The notes beneath the pieces were generated by a model that did no database searches, was not told where the DNA came from, and saw nothing but the letters and a program-made list of their open reading frames with translations. A DNA stretch of 64,000 nt from Synergistaceae bacterium. GTDB lineage: Bacteria; Synergistota; Synergistia; Synergistales; Aminobacteriaceae. Below, piece after piece: positions 17,737 through 27,570 of the stretch. How positions within the stretch are numbered: position 1 is the first letter of the stretch; every line of letters begins with the position of its first letter. The stretch covers positions 4,168-68,167 of the forward strand of contig JAITGX010000049.1 in the NCBI GenBank assembly GCA_031280275.1, given 5' to 3'. A program made the translations under genes and the position numbers.

Positions 17737-18839
17737 TGGCCGGCGGGGGAAGCGTCGCGGAGTCGGTCAAGGCCAGGATACGGCGGGGAACCCTGATCCA
17801 AAGCGAGGAATTTCGGCTCCTCCTGGAACTGGCGTCGGTGGGGGAGATCGCCGTTCACCTGGGAAAAAGCGCTTACGCCGCCATATTGAAGGACTTCAAC
17901 TTGGAAGAAATGCGGCGCTCCGAGCTGGAGTTCCTGCTGGGGGTCTCCGTCCTGGCCGAAGGCGTGACCTTCCGGCACTACGCGGACCTGAGCGACAGGA
18001 AGCTCTTAGACCTGTGGCTTGAGAGCTTCGACATAACGCTTTTCAAGAACCACTTCCGCCGCACGATGGGCACGGGTGAGTGGGGCGGCCACATGGACGC
18101 AGGTAGAATTTTGGGCCTGGTTTCCGATTTCCGCTTGACTTTGGTGGATCAAGAGAAGCTCCTTTCGGGCGGGACACTGCGGGACATCGTGGCGGCGGTG
18201 CGGAGCGAGCCCCTGCGGGCGGCCCTGTCCGAGGCCATCCCAAGCCGCGACCCATCTGAGATGTCGGGTGCGGAGTTTCAGAAAACCAGCTTCAACGCGG
18301 GTATGATTCTAGACCGCTACTACTTCGACAACCTCTACGCGGCCGCCGCAGCCCTGGGGGGCGAGGAGGGCCGTATGCTCCGGGCGCTGGTGGGGACGCG
18401 GGTGGACTTGATGAACCTCTATTGGATATACCGGGCCCGGCGCTTTTTCAACATGGCCCCTGAGGAGGCCTTGACGTTGCTGGTCAAGGCCCGCTGCCGT
18501 GCGGACTTCGAGCTTCTGACGAAGGTGGCCTTCGCGGAACCGCGGGCGCTGGCGGCGGTGCTCAGGGGAACGGCCTACGAGGAAATATTTGACGTGGAAA
18601 ACAGCAGCGACGCCCTGCGTGAAGTCGAGATAGAAAGCCGTATCAAGTGTTTCCTTTTCGCGGCGGCCCAGCGCGTGTTTCTGACGGGCTCCCTGGGCTT
18701 CCAGAACATCGCGGCCTACCTGACGCTGAAGGAGCTGGAGGTTCGCGACCTGGTCGCCGTGGTGGAGTCGGTGCGCTACGGCTTCGACAGGAGCAAGGTC
18801 GCCCTGCTTTTGGCGCGGCCTTTGGGGAAGGGGAATTGA
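17736..18839 (+). CDS. ntpC: V-type ATP synthase subunit C (d/AC39-like)
   Basis: 367 aa. Size and operon position fit. The start overlaps the upstream stop (TGATG). Confidence 0.7.
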   Translation: MAGGGSVAESVKARIRRGTLIQSEEFRLLLELASVGEIAVHLGKSAYAAILKDFNLEEMRRSELEFLLGVSVLAEGVTFRHYADLSDRKLLDLWLESFDITLFKNHFRRTMGTGEWGGHMDAGRILGLVSDFRLTLVDQEKLLSGGTLRDIVAAVRSEPLRAALSEAIPSRDPSEMSGAEFQKTSFNAGMILDRYYFDNLYAAAAALGGEEGRMLRALVGTRVDLMNLYWIYRARRFFNMAPEEALTLLVKARCRADFELLTKVAFAEPRALAAVLRGTAYEEIFDVENSSDALREVEIESRIKCFLFAAAQRVFLTGSLGFQNIAAYLTLKELEVRDLVAVVESVRYGFDRSKVALLLARPLGKGN

Positions 18840-18842
18840 GTC

Positions 18843-20759
18843 ATGGCAGTCGTTGGAATGGTGGGTATGTCCTTCGTCGGCCCCAGGGAGGAAATTGAGC
18901 GGGTGGCGCTCTCGCTTCTGGGTATGGAGAACTTCGAGCCCATGACGCCAGAGGTTATGCTGGACGGCCGCCCCTTGGGAAGCCGCTTTCAGACGTTCAG
19001 GGGAAACCGCTACGACGCACCCCTGGAGAAGCTGGACAGGCTGTGGTCTGCGGCGAAATTGCCCCCCCCGCGCCGACCTGCCTCGGCGCAGATTTCGTCT
19101 GTGCCCTTTTCGGAGGTGGAAGCAAGGGTAGACGCCCTCGTGCGAACCATGGACGGCTGGGCGGCGAAGGTGAGGGAGCTTCAGGATCAGTACGAGGTAT
19201 GGCGGGCCATTCTGGCCTTTGGCGAGGCTCTCCGGCAGGCGGGACGAGAATTCGAGGGTCTGGCCCGCTCTTTCTACGGGCGCGCGGCCCTGGGCATCTT
19301 GACGCGGGAGAATTGGCGGCGGCTGAGCGAGGCGGGGTTGGCAGCTCCTATTCTCGTCATGCCGCTGATCGACGAACCAGACGAGAAAACGATCACGGCT
19401 GCCGTCTTTTACGGCGGAGACTACCGCGAGGACATGGAGAAGATCTTTTCCTCGGTACATATGCGGTCCATCCCGCTGAAACCAGATGAATTTCGGCTTT
19501 ACGACAGCGCTGACGCGGTGCGCTACCGCATGGAGGCCGTCGAAGCGGACTTAGAGGGCTACCGGAACATGCCGGGGCGCTACGTTGTAGAGAGCCGCTT
19601 CGAGCTGGAAAAGCTGTACTTGGCGGTGTACACCATGCAGCGAGTGTACTCGCTCTGCCAGTTGCGGGGAGAGCTGTCCGGGATGACGGTCTTGGCGGGC
19701 TGGGTTCCTGAGGCCTCCCAGGCCGGCGCGGCCGCCATGGCCGCCGAGAAGGCCCCCCACGCTTTGGTGCTGACGGAAAGCGGCAGTGACCTGGAGCGGA
19801 GGGGACACGAGCTTCCGACGCTTTTGCGCAACTGGCCCCTGGTGCGCCGCTTCCAGGAAATCGTGAGGCTTTACAGCCTGCCCTCCTACAACGAACTCGA
19901 CCCTACCTTCGTGGTGGCGGCGAGCTTTTGCCTTTTCTTCGGTTTTATGTTCGGCGACGTGGGGCACGGGGCGCTCCTGGTGCTGGGCACGTGGCTTTTC
20001 GAGAAAAAGGGCCTGATGGGGCGCGAGATCGCGGCCGTGATGAAGGTGGCCGGGGCCGTTTCGGTCCTCTTTGGCTTCCTCTACGGCAGCGTGTTCGGCA
20101 AGGAAGAACTCATTCACCCCCTGTGGCTGTCTCCCCTCAAAGACGTGAACACTATCCTGCCCGTCTCCGTGGGAGTGGGAATCGCCTTCCTCTCCTTGGG
20201 GATCGCTTTCAAGGTCTACAACGCCGTGCGCAGGCGGGAATGGGGGGAGGCGCTTTTGGGTCCGGAAGGGCTGGCGGGCCTCTTGTTCTACTGGCTGGCC
20301 CTGGCTGCGGCTCTGGCGGAAAGCGGGCGGGGGGTCTTGATGACGCTGCTGGCGGTGCTTTTCGCCGCCATGATCTTCGGGAACGGCATCGCTAGGTTGC
20401 TTTTTCATGGCGAAACGGTGGACGAGGGCGGCGTGACCCATGTTTTTTCCATCTTCCACGCGGTGATGAACTTCGTCAGCAACACGGCGTCTTTCGTGCG
20501 GCTGGCGGCCTTCGCCCTGAACCACGCGGGGCTCAGCGGGGCCGTTTTCATGCTGGGGGAGATGGTGGAGAAGGCGCCGGGGGGGATATTTTACCATGCC
20601 CTCATCCTGCTGCTGGGGCACCTGGTAATCGTGGGCCTGGAGGGATTGATCGTCTTCATCCAGACCCTGCGGTTAGAATACTACGAGTTTTTTGGGAAGT
20701 TCTACAGCGGCGGCGGGCGGGAGTTCGCTCCAGTGCTCTGGCACAGGCGCGCTGATTGA
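18843..20759 (+). CDS. ntpI: V-type ATP synthase subunit I (a-type stator/proton channel)
   Basis: 638 aa. Soluble N-terminal half plus a multi-TM C-terminal half, with the conserved LRLEYYEFFGKFY-type C-terminus and SFVRLAAFALNH (essential Arg region). Confidence 0.85.
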   Translation: MAVVGMVGMSFVGPREEIERVALSLLGMENFEPMTPEVMLDGRPLGSRFQTFRGNRYDAPLEKLDRLWSAAKLPPPRRPASAQISSVPFSEVEARVDALVRTMDGWAAKVRELQDQYEVWRAILAFGEALRQAGREFEGLARSFYGRAALGILTRENWRRLSEAGLAAPILVMPLIDEPDEKTITAAVFYGGDYREDMEKIFSSVHMRSIPLKPDEFRLYDSADAVRYRMEAVEADLEGYRNMPGRYVVESRFELEKLYLAVYTMQRVYSLCQLRGELSGMTVLAGWVPEASQAGAAAMAAEKAPHALVLTESGSDLERRGHELPTLLRNWPLVRRFQEIVRLYSLPSYNELDPTFVVAASFCLFFGFMFGDVGHGALLVLGTWLFEKKGLMGREIAAVMKVAGAVSVLFGFLYGSVFGKEELIHPLWLSPLKDVNTILPVSVGVGIAFLSLGIAFKVYNAVRRREWGEALLGPEGLAGLLFYWLALAAALAESGRGVLMTLLAVLFAAMIFGNGIARLLFHGETVDEGGVTHVFSIFHAVMNFVSNTASFVRLAAFALNHAGLSGAVFMLGEMVEKAPGGIFYHALILLLGHLVIVGLEGLIVFIQTLRLEYYEFFGKFYSGGGREFAPVLWHRRAD

Positions 20760-20814
20760 AAAACCTTGAGTCAATAAAAGGGTCAACGGCCCTGTTCAGG
20801 AAGGGGAAAATCGA

Positions 20815-21225
20815 ATGTTGGGTTTAACGGTTCTTTGCGGTTCTATCGCGGCAGTGACCGGGGCGGGATTTTGGATGGTGAGGGGAGGCCATGCTCCCCA
20901 AAAGCCCAGGGCGGTGCTGCTTTTTGTCATGGCGCTCCTGTTCTTCGCGGTGGCGTTTTCCGCCGCGTCGGCTTTCGCGGCCGATGGCGAAGGGAGTGCG
21001 GCGAAGGCCGAAGGGAACGGCCTGGGCCTCATCGGGGCGGCGCTTTCCACGGGCCTGGCCTGCATCGGCGCGGGTATCGGCGTTGCCTTCGTGGGAGCGG
21101 CGGCCCTGGGAGTCGTGGGTGAGAAACCCGCGCTTTTCGGTAAAACGCTGATTTACATGGGCCTGGCGGAGGGAATTGCCATTTACGGCATCGTTATCTC
21201 GCTTTTCATCCTGGCCAAGATGTAG
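20815..21225 (+). CDS. ntpK: V-type ATP synthase proteolipid subunit K with atypical N-terminal hydrophobic extension
   Basis: The C-terminal 70 aa form a c-subunit hairpin (GLACIGAGIGVAFVG...GLAEGIAIYG with the carboxylate Glu). The RBS gaagggga supports the 20815 start, though an internal start is possible. Confidence 0.75.
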   Translation: MLGLTVLCGSIAAVTGAGFWMVRGGHAPQKPRAVLLFVMALLFFAVAFSAASAFAADGEGSAAKAEGNGLGLIGAALSTGLACIGAGIGVAFVGAAALGVVGEKPALFGKTLIYMGLAEGIAIYGIVISLFILAKM

Positions 21226-21253
21226 CGTTTTCCCTGTTCAGGGGCTTGCCGCG

Positions 21254-21565
21254 ATGAAGGGCTTTTTGATCAGCGACAACCACGATACTCTGGTGCTGCT
21301 GAAGCTGGCGGGCATCAACGGCGTCGTGGCCCACGGGTCGGCGGAAACGGCGAAGGCGCTTTCCGCCGCGCTGGCGATGAAGGACTTGGGAATCCTACTC
21401 ATGACGGAACTGGCGGCCGAGAGTATCCCGGAAAAGGTCAGGGAAATGCGGTCGAGCGGGAAACTGCCGTTGCTGGTGGAGATACCGGATCGCCACGGAA
21501 CCAGGCGCGGCGCGGACTTCCTGACGCGGTACATCCGCGAGGCGATAGGGGTGAAGCTGGAATGA
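21254..21565 (+). CDS. ntpF: V-type ATP synthase subunit F
   Basis: MKGFLISDNHDTLVLLKLAGINGV is a typical F-subunit N-terminus. In-frame ATG at 21254. ATGA overlap with subunit E. Confidence 0.75.
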   Translation: MKGFLISDNHDTLVLLKLAGINGVVAHGSAETAKALSAALAMKDLGILLMTELAAESIPEKVREMRSSGKLPLLVEIPDRHGTRRGADFLTRYIREAIGVKLE

Positions 21566-22227
21566 CGGAGAAAAAGACGGAAGCGCCGGGGAAAGCCGTG
21601 CGCGGCGGTGCCGTCGTGTACGACGAGAGGAAGAAGCTGACCGAGCTTCAGGGGATGATCCTGAGCAAGGGCGACGCGGCGCGGGAACGGGTTTTGTCGG
21701 AGGCCCGAGAAGAGGCCGCGAAGTGGGTCGAGGAGCAGACGAGGCAACTTGAAAGCATGGTGGCCTCCATCAAGGCCGACGCGGCAAAGCGCGCCAAGGA
21801 GATAACCTCGCGCCAGCTGGCCGAGGCCGAGGCCGTCAGAGATAAAAGCCGCTTGAGACTCCAAAGTGAGCTGGTGCGGAAGGCCCTGGTCATGCTTCAA
21901 AACGCTCTGTCCGCTTTCGATAAGCGCCCCGACTACGACGCGATCCTGACGGGGGTGGCCGCCGAGGCCTGCGAACGCTTTCTCGGCGGGCAGAAGGTAA
22001 AGATGCAGCTCCGTGCGGAGGACGCATCCCACGGGGAGGCCGTGGCACGGGCATTGAAGCTGCGTTTCCCGGAGCTGGACATCGCCTTCGATGTGACACC
22101 CGCGCCCATCAAGGGTGGGGTCTACCTCTACTCCGAGGAGGAGAAATGGCGCGTGGTCGCCGACTGGAAAACCAAGGTCGAGGAAATGGCGGATAGCGTG
22201 GCCAAGGCCGTGCTGGCCGAACTATAA
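21562..22227 (+). CDS. ntpE: V-type ATP synthase subunit E
   Basis: 221 aa. Long charged N-terminal helix plus a globular C-terminus, in the expected operon position before A. Confidence 0.7.
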   Translation: MTEKKTEAPGKAVRGGAVVYDERKKLTELQGMILSKGDAARERVLSEAREEAAKWVEEQTRQLESMVASIKADAAKRAKEITSRQLAEAEAVRDKSRLRLQSELVRKALVMLQNALSAFDKRPDYDAILTGVAAEACERFLGGQKVKMQLRAEDASHGEAVARALKLRFPELDIAFDVTPAPIKGGVYLYSEEEKWRVVADWKTKVEEMADSVAKAVLAEL

Positions 22228-22257
22228 GCCTATTTGCGAGGGCGAGGCTGGAAATAC

Positions 22258-24063
22258 ATGGACGAAAAAATCGGAAAAGAAGAGAAACTGGGCTCTATCC
22301 TGATGATCAACGGCCCCGTCGTGCGCGCCGCGGGCCTGTCCCGCTTCGCTATGCGCGAGCTGGTGCAGGTGGGGGAGTTGGGCCTGACGGGCGAGATTCT
22401 CCAGATGGATGGGGACGAGGGGGTCATTCAGGTGTACGAGGACACCACCGGTATCCAGCCCGGAGAGCCCGTCAAAGGCCTGGGTCGTCCCCTTTCCGTG
22501 TGCCTGGGGCCTGGCCTCATCGGGCACATTATTGATGGCATCGGGCGTCCCCTGGACCGCCTGATGGAGAAGGAAGGGGGGTTCCTTTCGCGGGGAACGC
22601 GCCTGGATCCTATCGACATGGATCGCTCCTGGGAGGTGACGCCGTCCTGTAAGGTGGGCGACGCCGTTTCTTCTGGCATGACCATCGCCTCGGTCAAGGA
22701 GACAGATCTGATAATAAACCGCGTCGTGGCACCGCTTGGCGTGGAAGGTGAGGTGGAGTACGTGGCCGCGCCGGGCTTCTGCAAGACGTCCGAGCCCGTG
22801 GCCCGCGTTCGAGGCACTGACGGCAAACTCACGTCCGTAATGATGTACCACTACTGGCCCGTGCGCACCCCGCGCCCCTACAGGGAGCGCCTCCTGCCCG
22901 ACGAGCCTCTGATAACGGGCCAGCGGGTCATCGACGGACTCTTCCCCATCTCGAAGGGGGGCGTGGCCGCCATACCTGGTGGTTTCGGCACGGGCAAGAC
23001 CGTAACCCAGCACCAGCTCGCCAAGTGGAGTGACGCTAAGGTGGTGGTCTATATCGGCTGCGGTGAGCGCGGCAATGAAATGACCCAGGTGCTGGAGGAG
23101 TTCCCCTCCCTGGAAGACCCCTACTCCAAAAAACCCCTCATGCAGCGCACGATATTGATAGCGAACACGTCCAACATGCCGGTGGCGGCCCGTGAGGCCA
23201 GCATCTACACGGGCATCACCATCGCGGAGTACTACCGGGACATGGGCTACGACGTGGCCATGATGGCCGATTCCACCAGCCGCTGGGCGGAGGCCCTGCG
23301 CGAACTTTCCGGCCGCCTGGGCGAGATTCCCGCCGAGGAGGGCTTTCCGGCCTACCTGGCCACGCGCCTGGCGGAGTTCTACGAGCGCGCGGGCAAGGTA
23401 CGCACCTTCGGGGACAAGACGGCGTCCATAAGCGTCATAGGCGCGGTGTCGCCTCCCGGCGGGGACTTTACGGAGCCCGTCACGCGCCACACCAAGCGTT
23501 TCATCCGGTGCTTTTGGGCGTTGGACGCGTCTTTGGCTCACGCGCGGCACTTCCCGGCCATTAGCTGGATGGATTCTTACAGCGAGTACGCGGAGGAGGT
23601 CAGGGACTGGTATCACAGGAACGTGGATTCGTCCTGGGCGGCGCTTCGCGATGAGGCGCGCTCTATCCTGGCCGAGGACGACGTGGTGCAGCAAACGATC
23701 CGCCTGATGGGTGAGGACGTGCTGCCCGACAGCCAAAGGCTCATCGCGCTGACGGCTTCTCTCTTGAAGAACGGGTATTTGCAGCAGAACTCCTTCAGCG
23801 ACGACTCGTTCTGCCCGCCCGTGAAGGGACTCACGATACTGAAACTGATCCTGGACTTCCACAACCAGGCCAGGAAGCTGGTCGCCGCCGGGTGCCCCCT
23901 GTCCCTTATTCGCAAGATGAAGGAGCTGATGGAGCTGACCCACGTCCGCGAACTTCCCGCCGGGGACGCCGCAGGCTTCGAGTCCCTGGGAAAACGCATC
24001 CGGGAGCGCCTCGAAAAAATAGGCGCCGAGCGGCTGGCTCACGAGGAAGAGGAGGGGAACTGA
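22258..24063 (+). CDS. ntpA: V-type ATP synthase catalytic subunit A
   Basis: P-loop GGFGTGKTV and the non-homologous-region architecture. [30 protein letters not shown] at 22258 chosen over the upstream TTG. Confidence 0.95.
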   Translation: MDEKIGKEEKLGSILMINGPVVRAAGLSRFAMRELVQVGELGLTGEILQMDGDEGVIQVYEDTTGIQPGEPVKGLGRPLSVCLGPGLIGHIIDGIGRPLDRLMEKEGGFLSRGTRLDPIDMDRSWEVTPSCKVGDAVSSGMTIASVKETDLIINRVVAPLGVEGEVEYVAAPGFCKTSEPVARVRGTDGKLTSVMMYHYWPVRTPRPYRERLLPDEPLITGQRVIDGLFPISKGGVAAIPGGFGTGKTVTQHQLAKWSDAKVVVYIGCGERGNEMTQVLEEFPSLEDPYSKKPLMQRTILIANTSNMPVAAREASIYTGITIAEYYRDMGYDVAMMADSTSRWAEALRELSGRLGEIPAEEGFPAYLATRLAEFYERAGKVRTFGDKTASISVIGAVSPPGGDFTEPVTRHTKRFIRCFWALDASLAHARHFPAISWMDSYSEYAEEVRDWYHRNVDSSWAALRDEARSILAEDDVVQQTIRLMGEDVLPDSQRLIALTASLLKNGYLQQNSFSDDSFCPPVKGLTILKLILDFHNQARKLVAAGCPLSLIRKMKELMELTHVRELPAGDAAGFESLGKRIRERLEKIGAERLAHEEEEGN

Positions 24064-24064
24064 A

Positions 24065-25534
24065 ATGGCCCTCACGGAGTACACAGGAATCGACAAAATC
24101 AACGGCCCCATCGTCATGCTGAAAGGCACGCCAGGGGTAGGGTACGACGAGGTGGTGGAGGTGCTGGCGGCGGAGGGCGCCCGCTTGGGCCGCGCCATTA
24201 TGGTTAGCGGGGACGCCGTCATGGTGCAGGTGTTCGCGGGAACGGAAGGGCTGGTGCCCGCCACGTCCCGTGCCCGCTTTCTGGGACGTCCGCTGGAAAT
24301 AGCCCTCTCGCCCGCCATTCTGGGGCGAACTTTCGACGGCCTGGGCCGCCCTCTCGACGGCAGCGGCCCCATCTACAGCGACCTGAAGCGCAACATCAAC
24401 GGCGCGCCCATGAACCCCATGGCCCGCGTCTACCCACGAGACTTCATCAACACGGGATTCTCCTCCATCGACGTGCTCATGACCCTGATACGCGGGCAGA
24501 AACTCCCGATCTTTTCGGGCAGCGGCCTGCCCCACAACCAGTTGGCGATACAGATAGCCTCCCAGGCGCGCCTCGTTGGGGCGGAGAACTTCGCCGTGGT
24601 GTTCGCTGGCGTGGGCATCAAGCACGACGACGCGGCGGCCTTCACGTCCTCTCTGTCGCGGCGCGGGACAAACCTGGTGCTGTTCCAGAACCTGGCGGAC
24701 GACCCCGTCATCGAACGCATTGCCACGCCGCGCTACGCCCTGACCGCGGCGGAGTACCTGGCTTTCGACCTGGGGATGCACGTGCTGGTCATCATCACGG
24801 ACATTACCAGCTACTGCGAGGCCCTGCGCGAGCTTTCCGTCAGCCGGGGTGAGATTCCCAGCCGCAAGGGGTACCCGTCGTACCTCTACAGTGACCTGGC
24901 GTCGCTTTACGAGCGTGCGGGGGTACTGCGAGGCAAGGAGGGCAGCATAACGTTCCTGCCCATCTTAACCATGCCTAATGACGACATCACGAACCCCGTT
25001 CCCGACCAGACGGGCTTTATCACGGAGGGGCAGATCGTGCTCTCCCGGGAGCTGGACGCCAGGGGCGTCTACCCGCCTATCGATCCTCTGCCCAGCTTGT
25101 CGCGCCTGATGAAAGACGGCATCGGCAAGGGCTATACACGGGAAGACCATCCCAGCGTCTCCAGCCAGCTTTTCGCCTGTTACAGCCGCGTTCAGGAGGT
25201 CAAGGCCCTGGCCGAGGTGGTGGGCCGCGACGAGCTGGGCGAGGAGGACAAGGCCTACCTGTCCTTTGGCGAGGAGTTCGAAAAGACCTACGTCAACCAG
25301 GCGAAGGACGAAAACCGGGACATCGGACAGTCCCTCGACATGTCCTGGCGGCTCCTGGCCTCCCTGCCCCAGAGCGCCCTGACCCGCATCTCCATGGAGG
25401 ACATCGAGAAGTACGTCAAACCCAACCAGCGGCTCAACCCCGACGGGGTCCCCATCAGCAAGGCCGCTCCAGCGGATACCGCTTTAGTTGAAGCGCCCTT
25501 AGAGGCTGAACCCAACGTGTTTCCTCCCAAATAA
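24065..25534 (+). CDS. ntpB: V-type ATP synthase subunit B
   Basis: Strong B-subunit similarity ([49 protein letters not shown]). C-terminal Pro/Ala-rich extension of about 30 aa. Confidence 0.95.
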   Translation: MALTEYTGIDKINGPIVMLKGTPGVGYDEVVEVLAAEGARLGRAIMVSGDAVMVQVFAGTEGLVPATSRARFLGRPLEIALSPAILGRTFDGLGRPLDGSGPIYSDLKRNINGAPMNPMARVYPRDFINTGFSSIDVLMTLIRGQKLPIFSGSGLPHNQLAIQIASQARLVGAENFAVVFAGVGIKHDDAAAFTSSLSRRGTNLVLFQNLADDPVIERIATPRYALTAAEYLAFDLGMHVLVIITDITSYCEALRELSVSRGEIPSRKGYPSYLYSDLASLYERAGVLRGKEGSITFLPILTMPNDDITNPVPDQTGFITEGQIVLSRELDARGVYPPIDPLPSLSRLMKDGIGKGYTREDHPSVSSQLFACYSRVQEVKALAEVVGRDELGEEDKAYLSFGEEFEKTYVNQAKDENRDIGQSLDMSWRLLASLPQSALTRISMEDIEKYVKPNQRLNPDGVPISKAAPADTALVEAPLEAEPNVFPPK

Positions 25535-25552
25535 TCAGGAGGTGATTTTAGG

Positions 25553-25927
25553 ATGAAACGTATTGCAGCTGTTGCATTTTTGTTCGCACTTTTGACTGTT
25601 CCAGCGTTCGCTTACATGTCCTCCGGAAAAATTGACGGCGAGCCAGGTTGGAGTTTCAGGGATCTCTCCATTAACAACAACCAGGTATCGGTAGCAATTG
25701 AGAACGAAACGGACAAAGCCGCGCGGTTCTGGGGAACGCTTTTTTTCCTTGATATTCATGGAAAGCCTGTCGCGCAGACGTACGTATTCAACTCTTCCTT
25801 CGGTCCGAAAACCAGAAAGTTCTTCACTCAAAAGCTGCATTTTGGAGACACAAAGTCCGCCAAAGAGGCTTTCAAGCTGATTTGGGGAGACGTGACGATT
25901 GAGTACCAGGAAGACCGCACCTTTTAA
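25553..25927 (+). CDS. Hypothetical small secreted protein
   Basis: Strong RBS (aggagg). Signal peptide MKRIAAVAFLFALLTVPAFA. AT-richer than the flanks. The TAA stop is the first three nucleotides of repeat copy 4. Confidence 0.5.
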   Translation: MKRIAAVAFLFALLTVPAFAYMSSGKIDGEPGWSFRDLSINNNQVSVAIENETDKAARFWGTLFFLDIHGKPVAQTYVFNSSFGPKTRKFFTQKLHFGDTKSAKEAFKLIWGDVTIEYQEDRTF

Positions 25928-26065
25928 GAAAGCGCTGATTAATGAGAAAGCACTGATTAATGGGGTTCTTAGGAGTCTGAGGCCCCTTGGGGTCTGAGAC
26001 CCCTTGGGTCTGAGACCCCTAAGCGGGGTGTGGGGCAGAGCCCCACAAGGGCCAGCGTTTCCTTA
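25925..26065 (+). repeat. MITE/REP-like element, copy 4 (forward, expanded)
   Basis: Duplicated left TIR (taagaaagcgctgattaatg / agaaagcactgattaatgg). Internal tandem ccttgggtctgagacc duplication. Right TIR lacks ttaat. Confidence 0.85.
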
Positions 26066-26139
26066 GAGCCGGGTTTGTTTTTGGCGTAAATGTTGTAAAC
26101 TATCATGGCTTGTCCGTGAGACGGGCGGAAGGGTTTTCG

Positions 26140-26415
26140 ATGCGGATAGACAAATTTCTGAAAGCGGCGCGTTTGGTGAAACGCCGAACTGCGGCGCAGG
26201 AAATGATTGAGGTGGGGGCGGTGCGGCTCGACGGCCGAGCCTGCAAGCCCTCTTCCGAGGTTGCGGAGGGCCGTGAGGTGGAGATCGCCTATATGACGCG
26301 CGTCTTGAAGGTGAAGGTTTTGTGTGCCGACGAACAGCTTTTGAAGCGCCCTCAAACCGTGGCCTACGAGGTGCTGGAGGAGCGCGGGGTTCCAACGGAT
26401 CAGCGCCCGTGGTAA
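26140..26415 (+). CDS. S4-domain RNA-binding protein (Hsp15/YabO-like)
   Basis: MRIDKFLKAARLVKRRTAAQEMIEVGAVRLDGRACKPSSEV is a typical S4 alpha-L motif. Confidence 0.7.
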   Translation: MRIDKFLKAARLVKRRTAAQEMIEVGAVRLDGRACKPSSEVAEGREVEIAYMTRVLKVKVLCADEQLLKRPQTVAYEVLEERGVPTDQRPW

Positions 26416-26475
26416 GGTAAATGGTAAACGGAACGAGGGACGTTTGCGAGTAAAATGATTATGGAGGTTGCCGAT

Positions 26476-26856
26476 ATGAAAAAGGTTGTCGCTGCGGACA
26501 AGGCTCCGGCCGCCATCGGGCCCTACAGCCAGGCCGTTCAAGCTGGGGATTTTCTCTTTGTTTCTGGACAGGTTCCCTTTGACCCTCAGACGGGGCAGTT
26601 GGTGGCGGGCTCCATCGAGGCACAGGCGGAGCGATCGCTGGAGAACGTCAAGGCCATCGTCGAAAGCGCTGGGTTTACGATGCAGCAGGTTGTCAAGGCG
26701 ACGGTATTCGTAACGGATATGGGGAACTTCGCGCCCGTCAACGGCGTCTACTCCCGGTATTTCACGGAAAACCCGCCCGCGCGTTCCTTCGTCGCCGTCA
26801 AGGAACTGCCGAGGGGTGCTCAAGTCGAGATTGAGGTCATCGTTTGGAAGGGATAG
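26476..26856 (+). CDS. ridA: RidA/YjgF family reactive-intermediate deaminase
   Basis: APAAIGPYSQAV...FVSGQVP...ARSFVAVKELPRGAQVEIEVI is the canonical family pattern. Confidence 0.85.
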   Translation: MKKVVAADKAPAAIGPYSQAVQAGDFLFVSGQVPFDPQTGQLVAGSIEAQAERSLENVKAIVESAGFTMQQVVKATVFVTDMGNFAPVNGVYSRYFTENPPARSFVAVKELPRGAQVEIEVIVWKG

Positions 26857-26927
26857 GAGTATAGCCTGCTGCAAACCGCTATAATATAACGCAGCATTCG
26901 AGTTGGAAATGACGAGGGGGAAAATTT

Positions 26928-27338
26928 ATGGCAGAGCAAACGACGCCGATGGCATCACCTTGCGGAGCGCCCAGCGGCGGCGGAACGGGAACCACCGATA
27001 GCGGCACCGCGGGAGACGGAGCCGCAGAGGGCGCAGTTCAGGGAGGCGCTCAGAACTTCATGGGCACGATGGGGATGATGGCGGTATTCATCCTCATCTT
27101 CTATTTTTTCATCATCAGGCCCCAGCGCAAGCGGCAGAAGCAGCACGATACGCTGATCGGCGGTATAGCGCGGGGAGACCAGATCGTCACCATCGGGGGG
27201 TTCTTCGGGACGGTGCGCGAGGTTCGGGAGGACACTTTTCTGATTGAGATCGCGGATGGCGTGAGAGTTCGTATCCTGAAGTCCGCCGTACAGACCAAGC
27301 GCGTGGCAGCGCCCGCGCCGGAGGAAAAAAAGGACTAA
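26928..27338 (+). CDS. yajC: Preprotein translocase subunit YajC (with Gly/Ala/Thr-rich N-terminal extension)
   Basis: IFYFFIIRPQRKRQKQHDTLIGGIARGDQIVTIGGFFGTVREV is a YajC signature. Lies upstream of secDF. Confidence 0.8.
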   Translation: MAEQTTPMASPCGAPSGGGTGTTDSGTAGDGAAEGAVQGGAQNFMGTMGMMAVFILIFYFFIIRPQRKRQKQHDTLIGGIARGDQIVTIGGFFGTVREVREDTFLIEIADGVRVRILKSAVQTKRVAAPAPEEKKD

Positions 27339-27369
27339 ACGGCCCCTTGCGGCGACAGCGAATTTTTTC

Positions 27370-27412
27370 GGGATGAGCCCATTGATTGCTTTTCGGCTCA
27401 TCCCTCTTGTTT
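27370..27412 (+). terminator. Possible intrinsic terminator after yajC
   Basis: gggatgagcc(N15)ggctcatccc, a 10-bp stem followed by tcttgttt. The loop is long and the U-tract is weak. Confidence 0.4.
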
Positions 27413-27521
27413 AGGGAAGCGCTGATTAAGCCCTTGCGGGGCTCTGCCCCAGGCCCCGCTTAGGGGTCTTGGACCGAGGCCTTGGGCTCCTTAAAGAACT
27501 CCATTAATCAGTACCTCCTTA
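27412..27521 (-). repeat. MITE/REP-like element, copy 5 (reverse, divergent hairpin-1 region)
   Basis: tagggaagcgctgattaagcccttgcggggctctgcccca...cttaggggtcttggaccgaggccttgggctcc...ccattaatcagtacctcctta. Confidence 0.8.
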
Positions 27522-27570
27522 GCTGAGTTTGACGGGGAGGCTTAAAATTTCTCATAGGTAGGGATGGAAA

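Noticed and set aside
22222-24372. 716-aa minus-strand ORF across ntpA/ntpB. The same applies to 23906-24781 and 21238-22032.
   Set aside because: These are antisense to unambiguous V-ATPase subunits, with low-complexity Arg/Gly/Pro-rich translations.
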